This document shows, piece after piece, positions 9,928 to 18,886 of a DNA stretch of 64,000 bases. Location: assembly GCA_026416875.1 (NCBI GenBank), contig JAOAEI010000001.1:16-64015 (forward strand), written 5' to 3'. The notes under the pieces are model-generated. The model had not been told where the DNA came from. It saw nothing but the letters and a program-made list of their open reading frames with translations, and searched no databases. The first letter of the stretch is position 1; each line of letters starts with the position of its first letter. A program made the translations under genes and the position numbers. The DNA comes from Caloramator sp. Lineage in GTDB: Bacteria > Bacillota > Clostridia > Clostridiales > Caloramatoraceae.

Positions 9928-11025
9928 ATGGATTATATTTATACTCTTTTAATACTTTTTGGAATTGTGCTTTTTTTAAGGATATTTTTTTATAAAAAAT
10001 ATAATTTTAAAGCTTCCAAGATGAAACCTAAGCTAACTTTAGCGATTTTAACTAAGAATAATGAGAAGCTATTAGATACGGTTTTAAATTATGATATTAG
10101 TTTTTTTGATGAAGTATATGTTTTTGACATCGGTTCTATTGACAACACTTTAGTAGTAGCAAAGGAGCATATGAAAAAGAATAAAAGGATTATAGTAAAG
10201 GATATTAAAAGGGCAAGCATGTATAATGACTATTATAGCATAATAGGAAATAGTCTAAAGAGCGATTCGGTATTACTCCTCAATCTTATCAGCATCGATA
10301 AACAAAATCCCCATGTTTATGTTCCGGATATCTTTAAACCCATTAATGAATTTAGCCATAAAGCAAAAATGAAGTTAGATTCGAGGATCAATGGGATTTT
10401 TTTGTTAGAGTATGATTTGCTTGAAAGGCAAAAAAATAACTTGATTTTAAAGGAGTATATTCAAAGAGCTTTAATAAATATAAAGGAAAGCCTGAAGGTG
10501 AATTCAAAATATGGAGAAAGAAATGAGGAAATATATTATATCGAAAAAGTAATCCATGATATAGATCTTTTAATAAGGCTTATGGGGATTACGGTAAATA
10601 ATGATGGAGAGTTAGATGACAACTTGGCAAATATATTAAAGGAATACAGCGAAAAAAATAGGGTTCTCATTAATTTCAAAATAATAGGGAAAACAAGATA
10701 TTTTAATGAGACTATAAATAATTTAATATTGCAAATCCTTCAAGAGCTTCTTTATACGGTATTTCATTTTAATTATTCTATATATCTTGATATATATGAA
10801 AGATATGGAAAAAATTATTTTCTTATGTTGAAGTTTGACTGGATAGGTAACTTTGATGATTTTATAAACAATAAAAATACCCTTAGCTATTATGTTCTGC
10901 AATCAATTCAAAACAGATTGAATTTAATTTCAGGTAATTTAAAGATAAAGAATAAGGGTAATAAGCTTATTATTTTAATTGAGATACCAATAAAAAATAT
11001 AATAAAAGATATCTGCAATAGATAA
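9928..11025 (+). CDS. membrane protein with degenerate GT2-like domain fused to degenerate DegS-type histidine-kinase fold
   Basis: RBS GGAGG before ATG 9928; TM helix; LTLAILTKNNEK..DEVYVFDIGSIDNT (GT2 start); ILQILQELL ... IQNRLNLISGNLKI ... IEIP (HATPase-like end). Confidence 0.6.
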   Translation: MDYIYTLLILFGIVLFLRIFFYKKYNFKASKMKPKLTLAILTKNNEKLLDTVLNYDISFFDEVYVFDIGSIDNTLVVAKEHMKKNKRIIVKDIKRASMYNDYYSIIGNSLKSDSVLLLNLISIDKQNPHVYVPDIFKPINEFSHKAKMKLDSRINGIFLLEYDLLERQKNNLILKEYIQRALINIKESLKVNSKYGERNEEIYYIEKVIHDIDLLIRLMGITVNNDGELDDNLANILKEYSEKNRVLINFKIIGKTRYFNETINNLILQILQELLYTVFHFNYSIYLDIYERYGKNYFLMLKFDWIGNFDDFINNKNTLSYYVLQSIQNRLNLISGNLKIKNKGNKLIILIEIPIKNIIKDICNR

Positions 11026-11042
11026 TATGAATTTTGAATAAT

Positions 11043-11070
11043 CACAAAGTTATTGGAACCTACATAAGCT
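11043..11070 (+). promoter_or_regulatory. SigK-type (late mother-cell) promoter
   Basis: CACA-N16-CATAAGCT, matching the mACm-N16-CATAnnnT consensus. Confidence 0.6.
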
Positions 11071-11102
11071 AATTTAAGGAGGAAGTTTATGGGGGATTAA
11101 AG

Positions 11103-12011
11103 TTGATTGGAATTTTGTGTAACAGTTCAGATGTAGACCTTTTTAGAGATTTTGTTGAAAAAAATGCTAAAGATGAAGAAATCTTGATTTTTAATATACA
11201 GGACTTAGACTATGAAAAAAACAATGTAAAAGGAATATTAGTTAAAAAAGATATTATAATATATGACTATTTCAAAATACCCAATATAATCTTTAACTTT
11301 TCAATTCAGCATGATAGATTAAACATTAAAAAGTTGAGAAGTTTAGTTGAAGATGAAAATATTAAAATATTCAATTCCAGTAATAATATTAATCAATATA
11401 TGATTTATGAGATATTAAATTCAAATGAGGTTTTTAAGCCCTATCTTATGAGCTATAGCGTCATAGATAAGGATACTGTCTTATTAGAGGCGGATTCTAT
11501 AAAAAATAATATAATTATTCCAATTAAAGGGACAAAGAAATTTATTTATATTGAAAAGTTAGGGGAATATTATGAAATTTATAAAGAAAACGATATTGAA
11601 AGAGTGCTAAAAATAGGGTTAAAAAATAGTCTAAATAGGCTTCTTAAAAAGAAAAGATTTTTGGTTATAAATTCACCTAAATTGATTAAAAAGAATTATC
11701 CTTTTATTTTTAGAATAATTCTTCAATCAGGCAAACTACAAAGTTTAATACTTAATGGGGAGCCCTTGCTTGAAGAATATAGCTTATCACCGAATATTAA
11801 AAAACTAGTTGAGGCTATAAGTATCAAGATGTTTGACTATATAAAAAATTTTTTACCGAATTTATTTTTAATTTATTTTGATTTTATATTTGATTTAAGT
11901 GAAAATCCATATTTTTTAAGAATGGGAGGAGCAGAGATTAGATTATTTAATGATGAAAGAAAAAAGTATATATATGAAAACATTATTGAATTAAGCCTTA
12001 CATTAGAATAA
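11103..12011 (+). CDS. YheC/YheD-like ATP-grasp protein, degenerate
   Basis: IPNIIFNFS, INQYMIYEIL, FRIILQ, YFDFIFD..NPYF pattern; ExN motif absent. Confidence 0.55.
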   Translation: MIGILCNSSDVDLFRDFVEKNAKDEEILIFNIQDLDYEKNNVKGILVKKDIIIYDYFKIPNIIFNFSIQHDRLNIKKLRSLVEDENIKIFNSSNNINQYMIYEILNSNEVFKPYLMSYSVIDKDTVLLEADSIKNNIIIPIKGTKKFIYIEKLGEYYEIYKENDIERVLKIGLKNSLNRLLKKKRFLVINSPKLIKKNYPFIFRIILQSGKLQSLILNGEPLLEEYSLSPNIKKLVEAISIKMFDYIKNFLPNLFLIYFDFIFDLSENPYFLRMGGAEIRLFNDERKKYIYENIIELSLTLE

Positions 12012-12024
12012 AGGGGAGCTTATT

Positions 12025-13344
12025 ATGTGGGTTGTTTTTGAAACTATCAACGAGGGAAAGTCAGTAATTTATTTACCCTTTGAAAATATTAAAAATTATA
12101 TGGAAGTAAAGTTCGGTAGAAACAGAGAAATTGCTAAGGTAATAAGAATAAAGGGGAAGAGGTTAAATTCCACCTTTGAAAACCCCATAAAGATAAAAAT
12201 AAGTTCCTCCTTAAAGGAAAAATTATTGATTAAAGAAACATTAAAATACAGATTAAAAATTAAAGATAACTTGATAATAATTGGCCCTGTTATAGGATTT
12301 TTGCTTGGCAGCCATAATAATTTATACACTCCAATCCACATGGAAAAATATTCAGATAGATTTGGGATATACGATAAGGTTGGAGGATTAATATATGCCT
12401 TTTCACCTAACACTATAGATTGGGAAAAGAGAAAAATTTATGGACTTTATTATAACATTAATAGCTTAAAATGGGAATATGGTGTTTTCCCTTTTCCTGA
12501 TGTTGTATACAGAAGAAATTTTCATTCAAGTAATACGATTATTAAAAAATTGAGGCTAGAACTTAATGATAGGGTGTTTAATTCTCATAGATTTAACAAA
12601 TACGAACTTTATGATTTTTTGATAAAGGATGATAATCTTAAAAAACACTTGCCTTTAACAAAAATATCTAATGAAGAAAATGTAACTTTTATGTTCGATA
12701 GATTTGAAAAGATAATTTTAAAACCTATAGATCTTTCAAGAGGGAGGGGCATTTTAATAGCTGAAAAGGAAGGAGATAAAGTAAAAATATATGATTATAG
12801 AAAAAAGGAAAATAGCATATTTAAGATAGAAAAAGATGAATTTATCAGCTTTTTAAAGGAAAGCAAATTATTAAGCGAAAAATATTTGGTTCAGCAATAT
12901 ATAAAGCTTAAAAAATATAAAGATTGCCTTTTTGATATTAGAGTTGTAATGCAAAAGGGCGTGAACAAAGAATGGGGCTGTTCGGGGATCGAATGTAGAG
13001 TAGCTAAGATAAATACTATGGTAACAAACATCTCAAAAGGAGCTACTGCCCACAGCATAGAAAGTGTTTATACAAGTCTATTTAACGATAGGGCGGAGGA
13101 AGAAAAGAGAAAACTAATCGATTTTTGCCAAAAATTATGTTGTTACTTAGACACTATAGGTGAAATTTTTGGGGAATTTGGGATAGATGTTGCTTTGGAT
13201 GAAGAAGATAATTTTTGGGTTATAGAAGTTAATGTTTTTCCAAGTTTTAAAGGTTTTAAACAGATGGATTATTTGACATATCTAAATATTAGATATAATC
13301 CGCTTCTTTACGCAAAATCATTAACCGAATTTGAAGGTGATTAG
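12025..13344 (+). CDS. YheC/YheD family ATP-grasp (endospore coat-associated) protein
   Basis: GPVIG, FPDVVYRR, FNKYE, KPIDLSRGRGI, QQYI, FDIRVVMQK, GIDVALD...IEVN. Confidence 0.9.
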   Translation: MWVVFETINEGKSVIYLPFENIKNYMEVKFGRNREIAKVIRIKGKRLNSTFENPIKIKISSSLKEKLLIKETLKYRLKIKDNLIIIGPVIGFLLGSHNNLYTPIHMEKYSDRFGIYDKVGGLIYAFSPNTIDWEKRKIYGLYYNINSLKWEYGVFPFPDVVYRRNFHSSNTIIKKLRLELNDRVFNSHRFNKYELYDFLIKDDNLKKHLPLTKISNEENVTFMFDRFEKIILKPIDLSRGRGILIAEKEGDKVKIYDYRKKENSIFKIEKDEFISFLKESKLLSEKYLVQQYIKLKKYKDCLFDIRVVMQKGVNKEWGCSGIECRVAKINTMVTNISKGATAHSIESVYTSLFNDRAEEEKRKLIDFCQKLCCYLDTIGEIFGEFGIDVALDEEDNFWVIEVNVFPSFKGFKQMDYLTYLNIRYNPLLYAKSLTEFEGD

Positions 13345-14631
13345 ATGAAGCTTAAAATTATTCAAGATAAGGAATGTATTTATCTTCCTAAAAAAATTCA
13401 AGAAAAATTCAATTTAAATGGGCAAATAAATATTCATCATGGCAAGTTAACATCAAAGGCTGTTATAAAAAGCACAAAAGAAGAAGTAGCTATAAGCCAA
13501 GATTTAGCAAGTTTTTTAAAGATAAAGGAAGTTGATTATGATTTTAAGATAATAAACGATGAAATGATTTTAGGACCGGTTATAGGAATACTCGCTAAAA
13601 GGAATTCTTTTTCATTAACCTCAGCACTTTTAAGGAGGATGGAAAGATATACAATAAATTATACAAAGGGTCTATTAATTGTATTTTCCTTAGATAAAAT
13701 AAAAAATTTCTATGTTAGGGGATATTATTTTAATCCAGAAAAAAATAAATTTGAGGAGGCAGAACTTCCTTTTCCTTCATCCATTTACAGAAGGATTGGT
13801 TTAAGCCTACAAGAAAAAAGCATGTTGCAATTCCTTATAGGCAAAAATTATTTTAATAGTCACTTTTTAAATAAATATGAGGTATATACTTTGTTATCAC
13901 AATTTGAAGATCTCAATAGACATATCCCATATACAATTCTTTATAAAAATCCTGATGATTTATTTAATATGCTTGATAAATTTAAAATAGTTTATGCAAA
14001 GCCTATTTTAGGGCTGCAGGGAAGGAAAGTGTATAAAATTTCAAAAGAAGAAGGATATATTAAACTAAGATTTAGAGAAGAGGGATTAAATAAAACAGTA
14101 ATGATAAATATCCAGCAAGCAAATGCAGTAGATGAATATATTAAAGGGGGAAATTTTATACTTCAACAGGGGGTAGATTTAATTGAGTATGAAGGGAGGA
14201 GTTTAGATTTAAGATGTATAATGACTAAGGATATAAGCAATACCTGGGTTTTAAATGGGATTGTAGTAAGGATGGCTCCACAGGGAAGCGTTGTAACAAA
14301 TGTTTCAAGCGGTGGAGGAGCCTATATGTTTGAAGATTTTTTTATAAATAAAATGGGATTTTCAGATGTTTATACTTTATTACTTAAGGAAAAAATAAAC
14401 ATATTTTGTAGGAGGATTTGTGATCGTTTAGATAAGTTAGGATATAACATGGGATATTTAGGGATAGATATTGGTGTTGATAAATACCACAATGTTTTTT
14501 TGATAGAAATAAATTCAAGGGATCCAGATGCAACAATTGCTTTAGATGCACAAAATACTCATTTGTATTATGATATAAAATCTAACATAATAAACTATTT
14601 GAATTATCTATCAGGTTTTGGGGATGATTAA
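13345..14631 (+). CDS. YheC/YheD family ATP-grasp protein
   Basis: GPVIG, FPSSIYRR, KPILGLQG, LDLRCIMTK, TNVSSGG, GIDIGVD...IEIN. Confidence 0.9.
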   Translation: MKLKIIQDKECIYLPKKIQEKFNLNGQINIHHGKLTSKAVIKSTKEEVAISQDLASFLKIKEVDYDFKIINDEMILGPVIGILAKRNSFSLTSALLRRMERYTINYTKGLLIVFSLDKIKNFYVRGYYFNPEKNKFEEAELPFPSSIYRRIGLSLQEKSMLQFLIGKNYFNSHFLNKYEVYTLLSQFEDLNRHIPYTILYKNPDDLFNMLDKFKIVYAKPILGLQGRKVYKISKEEGYIKLRFREEGLNKTVMINIQQANAVDEYIKGGNFILQQGVDLIEYEGRSLDLRCIMTKDISNTWVLNGIVVRMAPQGSVVTNVSSGGGAYMFEDFFINKMGFSDVYTLLLKEKINIFCRRICDRLDKLGYNMGYLGIDIGVDKYHNVFLIEINSRDPDATIALDAQNTHLYYDIKSNIINYLNYLSGFGDD

Positions 14632-15888
14632 ATGATTTATAGGATAGAATTCAACGAAGATATGTATGCTTCACTACCCTTTAAAATTGATTCAAACGAA
14701 AAAATTATATGTTTTGGCAATAAAAATGTTAAAGTAAAACTGAAATCCAATGAAGGATTAAAAAATAAAATAATTCTTCCTAAATTTTTAAAGGAGGAGC
14801 TTTTTTTAAAAGAAGATTTATTATATCAAGTAGTTATTGGAGATTCTATAAAAATTGGCCCCTTGATAGGAATTTTAGTTGATAAGAAAACAGAGACATT
14901 GAAGAATGACTTGGATAATTATATTCCATATTTTTTACTTTATAGTAGATTTTATGGAGTAGTTTTTTTATTTGCTTTAGATGGAATAGATTTTAAAAGA
15001 GGCACTATTACTGGGGTTTATTTTAATCCCTTTAGGGAAAATAATTTTATTTACGATACTTTTCCATTTCCCTACTTTATATTTAGAAGAATAGGACTAA
15101 ATGAAGATGAAAGAAAATATTTATCAAATAATGCCTTACTTTATAATTCATATTACTTTGATAAATGGGAATTCTATAACTTAATAAAAGATAAAATAAA
15201 TACACCCGAGACTAAAATTTATAATAAAGAAAATTTACAGTCCATGTTAAACCAGTATAAAGATGTATTCTTAAAAAAGCAGAACGGAAGCATGGGGATC
15301 GATATATATAAAATAGTTAAATACGATGATGAATTCATGATAAAGGGCAAATTTGATAAATCGTATTCTTCTTTTAAAAGCTTAGATGATTTAATAGGAG
15401 CTTTTAATTTTAAAAATTATCTTGTCCAAATGGCTTTGAAGCCTATTAAGTTTGAAAATAGGTGTTCTGATATAAGGGTTGTAATGCAAAAGGATGATTC
15501 ATTAAAATGGAAGTTAACTTCTATGATAGTATGTCTGGGAAAAAGGAACGGAATTTGTTCAAACTATCAAAGGTATGGATACACTTTAAAATTTGAAGAA
15601 TTTTTTGTTGATAAATTGGGATTAGGTTATAATAAAACATTTAAAATAAAAAAGGCTATAGAAGAACAGTGCAAAAGGGTATGCAGCCTTATGGATACTA
15701 TCGGTAATTTTTGTGATGTAGGAATAGATGTTATAGTAGATGAGGATTACAATATATGGATAATTGAGGCTAATAAAAGACATGATCATAGAATGGTTTT
15801 GTCTTTAAATGATAAGATAGCCTATTACCAAATAAAAAACAATCCAATTAAATTTGGAGTTAAGGTAAGTGGTTTTGAATTATTTTAA
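14632..15888 (+). CDS. YheC/YheD family ATP-grasp protein
   Basis: GPLIG, FPYFIFRR, FDKWEF, GSMG, DIRVVMQK, GIDVIVD...IEAN. Confidence 0.88.
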   Translation: MIYRIEFNEDMYASLPFKIDSNEKIICFGNKNVKVKLKSNEGLKNKIILPKFLKEELFLKEDLLYQVVIGDSIKIGPLIGILVDKKTETLKNDLDNYIPYFLLYSRFYGVVFLFALDGIDFKRGTITGVYFNPFRENNFIYDTFPFPYFIFRRIGLNEDERKYLSNNALLYNSYYFDKWEFYNLIKDKINTPETKIYNKENLQSMLNQYKDVFLKKQNGSMGIDIYKIVKYDDEFMIKGKFDKSYSSFKSLDDLIGAFNFKNYLVQMALKPIKFENRCSDIRVVMQKDDSLKWKLTSMIVCLGKRNGICSNYQRYGYTLKFEEFFVDKLGLGYNKTFKIKKAIEEQCKRVCSLMDTIGNFCDVGIDVIVDEDYNIWIIEANKRHDHRMVLSLNDKIAYYQIKNNPIKFGVKVSGFELF

Positions 15889-15945
15889 TAAAAATTAATC
15901 CATAAAGAAAAAATAATATACAGAAGAAGATAAAGGGGTGATTGT

Positions 15946-16446
15946 ATGCATGAAATTTTTAAAAGAAGAAGTATACGAAAATATCTTGATAAACCTGTTG
16001 CAAAGGAGGATATAGATGATCTTTTAAGGGCGGCAATGGCAGCACCGTCGGCAGGGAATGAGCAGCCGTGGGAATTTATAATAGTCGATGATAAAAATAT
16101 ATTAAAAAGAATTGCAGACCTTCATCCTTATGCCAAGATGCTCTATGAAGCTCCTGTTGCTATAGTTGTTTGTGGTGATTTAAATAAAGAAAAGTATAAA
16201 GGTTTTTGGGTTCAGGACTGTTCTGCTGCAACTCAAAATATCCTGCTTGAGGCAACGGATAAGGGACTTGGAACTGTTTGGATTGGGGTATATCCAGATG
16301 AAACAAGAGTTAAGGATATATCAAATATATTCGGTATTCCATCTAATGTAATTCCCCTATCCATAGTAGCTGTTGGATATCCTGATCAGGAGATGCAGGA
16401 AGTTGATAGGTTTGAACCTCAAAAAATACATTATAATAAGTGGTAA
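15946..16446 (+). CDS. nitroreductase family protein
   Basis: RRSIRKY, APSAGNEQPW, GLGTVWIG. Confidence 0.92.
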   Translation: MHEIFKRRSIRKYLDKPVAKEDIDDLLRAAMAAPSAGNEQPWEFIIVDDKNILKRIADLHPYAKMLYEAPVAIVVCGDLNKEKYKGFWVQDCSAATQNILLEATDKGLGTVWIGVYPDETRVKDISNIFGIPSNVIPLSIVAVGYPDQEMQEVDRFEPQKIHYNKW

Positions 16447-16471
16447 AGGTCCAAATTTTTGGGCCTTTTTT
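16445..16471 (+). terminator. intrinsic terminator
   Basis: AAAGGTCCAA...TTGGGCCTTT plus T-tail. Confidence 0.6.
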
Positions 16472-16522
16472 ATTTGAATTTAATTTTATAAAAAGATAAA
16501 ATGTAAATAAAGGGGGATTATA

Positions 16523-18877
16523 ATGAAGACTGATTATGCTATTTTGAAATATCACAAGAAATTTATTTTTAATAAATTTGAAGCGATAGAGTATTCTGAA
16601 GGAGCAAAAAAAAGCATAGGGGAACTTGAAAGAATATTTAAAAGGGATATAAATAAACCCTTTGAGCATTTTTATTATTTTAAACTTAATAGCGGCAAAT
16701 ATTGCTTTGCAAGAGCCTTTTCTAAGGAAGGAATCAGTAACGATTACACCGTAGAATGCCTTTTGTTTGACTATATAGACTTTTATCCCTTTAGGCTTTT
16801 AGATTGTAAAGTTGAATATACTCAATATGCAGATGTAACTTTAAGTGATTTTAATCCTGAAAATTTAAAAAATATTTCAGGGAATAGAGGAATTTACATT
16901 TTAATTTCCAAACTAGTAGATGGAGAAGGGATTAACATAATCTTTAATGATTATAAAACTTTGTTAGCTGCGCTATATTATGCCTTCCCAATAAAATTTG
17001 CAAAGGATATATTTTTTACAACAGATGAAGATTTTTCTATAGATGTTCATATAAAATTTGTGAAGGGAATGGATAAGTTAAATGCCTTTAATTTGAATGA
17101 AGGTAAAATGCTACAAGGAAGACTATATGAGTTTACTAATTTGATTGAATTGGCATATACCATCAATATGAATTATTTATTTGATTTTCATAATTTCTTA
17201 GAACAATTTGAATTTGAAAAAATTGGATCTGATATAGACAACTTATATTGGCTATATAAGGTAACAGGAATGGATGTAAAGGATATAGATAGGGAAGTTT
17301 TAATTAGAATCATAGAATTTTCTTTAAATTTATCCAATGAAAATATATTTGAAATCTTTAAAGCATTAGAAAAGAATTTTGAAGTTTTGATAACTAAGCT
17401 TAATATTTATGATTTTGAGTTAATATTAAAGTTTTTAATAAAGAACTTAAATTGTGATAATTTATTTTTACTACAAAGAAGCCAGGAGTTAATAAGGTTC
17501 CTTTTAGACGAAATGATTTTAAAAGAAGTAAATTTAGACTCCTTTATTATAAATGTTGATGAACTGTTTAACATTATAAAGGAAAAGGGGCTTTATTTTA
17601 TTAAATCAAACTTAAAGGATGAGAGAATAGAGTTTATAAACGCAATTTTAAATAAAAGCGATGATTCAAAAATTCACTACTTCTACCTATATCTTACGGT
17701 TAAATCATTGCTTGAACTTGACTATACCTTTGAAAAGGCCTTAAAAAATGAAGGAATAAAAAATTTAATAGAAAAGTCTTTAGATGGAATATTCGAGGAT
17801 ATAGATAAGATTAAGTCCATATTAAAATTGGTATCAGACAGTCCGGAGTTTTTTAGTAACTTGTTTGTTATATTATTAGATAAGGCTGAGAATGAATTGA
17901 AACAAATTGCTCTTCTTGGAATTTTAATTTCAATAATAGATCAAAAGGATGAATTTATGTCCTATCAGTTAAGAAGTCAAATAAAAAACAAAAATTCTGC
18001 AGTTTTGTATGAAGAATTTAAAGTAAGGCTTGATAAGTCAGAAGACAAAGTTAAATTTTTTGAATTTTATACTGAAAATGTTTTAGAAAAGTTCGATGAT
18101 TTTTACAGGGAATATTTTGAAAAAATTTTAAAGGATTATTTATCTTCAATAAATGATGAAAATATAGCAAAGGAAACGATAAAAACAATAAATAAGGTGA
18201 TTAATGAAAAATTGCTGCTTAGCGATGATGCAACAAGGATGCTTGTTGAAGCCTTTGAAAAATATTATGACTTTAAAAATATAGACGAAGTGAAGGATAT
18301 TATTAAATGGATAAAGTTAATTAAAAAAATAAGGAAAATAAACACTAGTCCTGATATTACTGCTCTATTGGATTTGGGTATTTTTTTAGAGGAAAACCAA
18401 AATACAAAAATAAAAATAAATGATTTAATAAAGAGTTTTGGAAAGATTTCCTTTCTTACAGGCGATAAATATAAGAACTTCCTTTTATGGACATTGCCTA
18501 ATATTTTAAGGTCTATAGAGGATGTAGAAGATCATAAATCCATAATTTATTTTTATAATCCAGAGGATGAATTAGAATTTTATAAGTTTTATATAAGTAA
18601 TATTTTTAAATTTTATGAGGAAAGCGAAGAAGCAGGATATCATTTATTGCTTACTTTTTTGGTTTACTTTTATTTTTACGTAGAACCTAAATATAGGCTT
18701 TATGGAGAGGAAAATAAAGTTGAGGAATTTAATGATTTTCTAATTTTAATGTTTTCAGAATATAAGAATATTTCAGTTGAGAAATTTAATCTTGACATTA
18801 TAAACGAATTCGAAAGCAGTGGACTTAGTGTGCCTATAATGTGGAAGAATATCTATGAAAAACTATTAAAGAGGTAG
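16523..18877 (+). CDS. large hypothetical protein; N-terminus resembles GAP1-N2/GAP1-M domains, C-terminus predicted all-helical
   Basis: FYYFKLNSGKYCFARA..., DFYPFRL, LLAALYYAFPIKFAKDIFFTT, FHNFLEQF..IDNLYWLY recalled as GAP1-like; ORF itself certain, family uncertain. Confidence 0.5.
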   Translation: MKTDYAILKYHKKFIFNKFEAIEYSEGAKKSIGELERIFKRDINKPFEHFYYFKLNSGKYCFARAFSKEGISNDYTVECLLFDYIDFYPFRLLDCKVEYTQYADVTLSDFNPENLKNISGNRGIYILISKLVDGEGINIIFNDYKTLLAALYYAFPIKFAKDIFFTTDEDFSIDVHIKFVKGMDKLNAFNLNEGKMLQGRLYEFTNLIELAYTINMNYLFDFHNFLEQFEFEKIGSDIDNLYWLYKVTGMDVKDIDREVLIRIIEFSLNLSNENIFEIFKALEKNFEVLITKLNIYDFELILKFLIKNLNCDNLFLLQRSQELIRFLLDEMILKEVNLDSFIINVDELFNIIKEKGLYFIKSNLKDERIEFINAILNKSDDSKIHYFYLYLTVKSLLELDYTFEKALKNEGIKNLIEKSLDGIFEDIDKIKSILKLVSDSPEFFSNLFVILLDKAENELKQIALLGILISIIDQKDEFMSYQLRSQIKNKNSAVLYEEFKVRLDKSEDKVKFFEFYTENVLEKFDDFYREYFEKILKDYLSSINDENIAKETIKTINKVINEKLLLSDDATRMLVEAFEKYYDFKNIDEVKDIIKWIKLIKKIRKINTSPDITALLDLGIFLEENQNTKIKINDLIKSFGKISFLTGDKYKNFLLWTLPNILRSIEDVEDHKSIIYFYNPEDELEFYKFYISNIFKFYEESEEAGYHLLLTFLVYFYFYVEPKYRLYGEENKVEEFNDFLILMFSEYKNISVEKFNLDIINEFESSGLSVPIMWKNIYEKLLKR

Positions 18878-18886
18878 GGTGGTTTT

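Noticed and set aside
9928-18877. Genomic island or prophage suggested by AT-rich composition
   Set aside because: No integrase, transposase, tRNA target or flanking direct repeats seen
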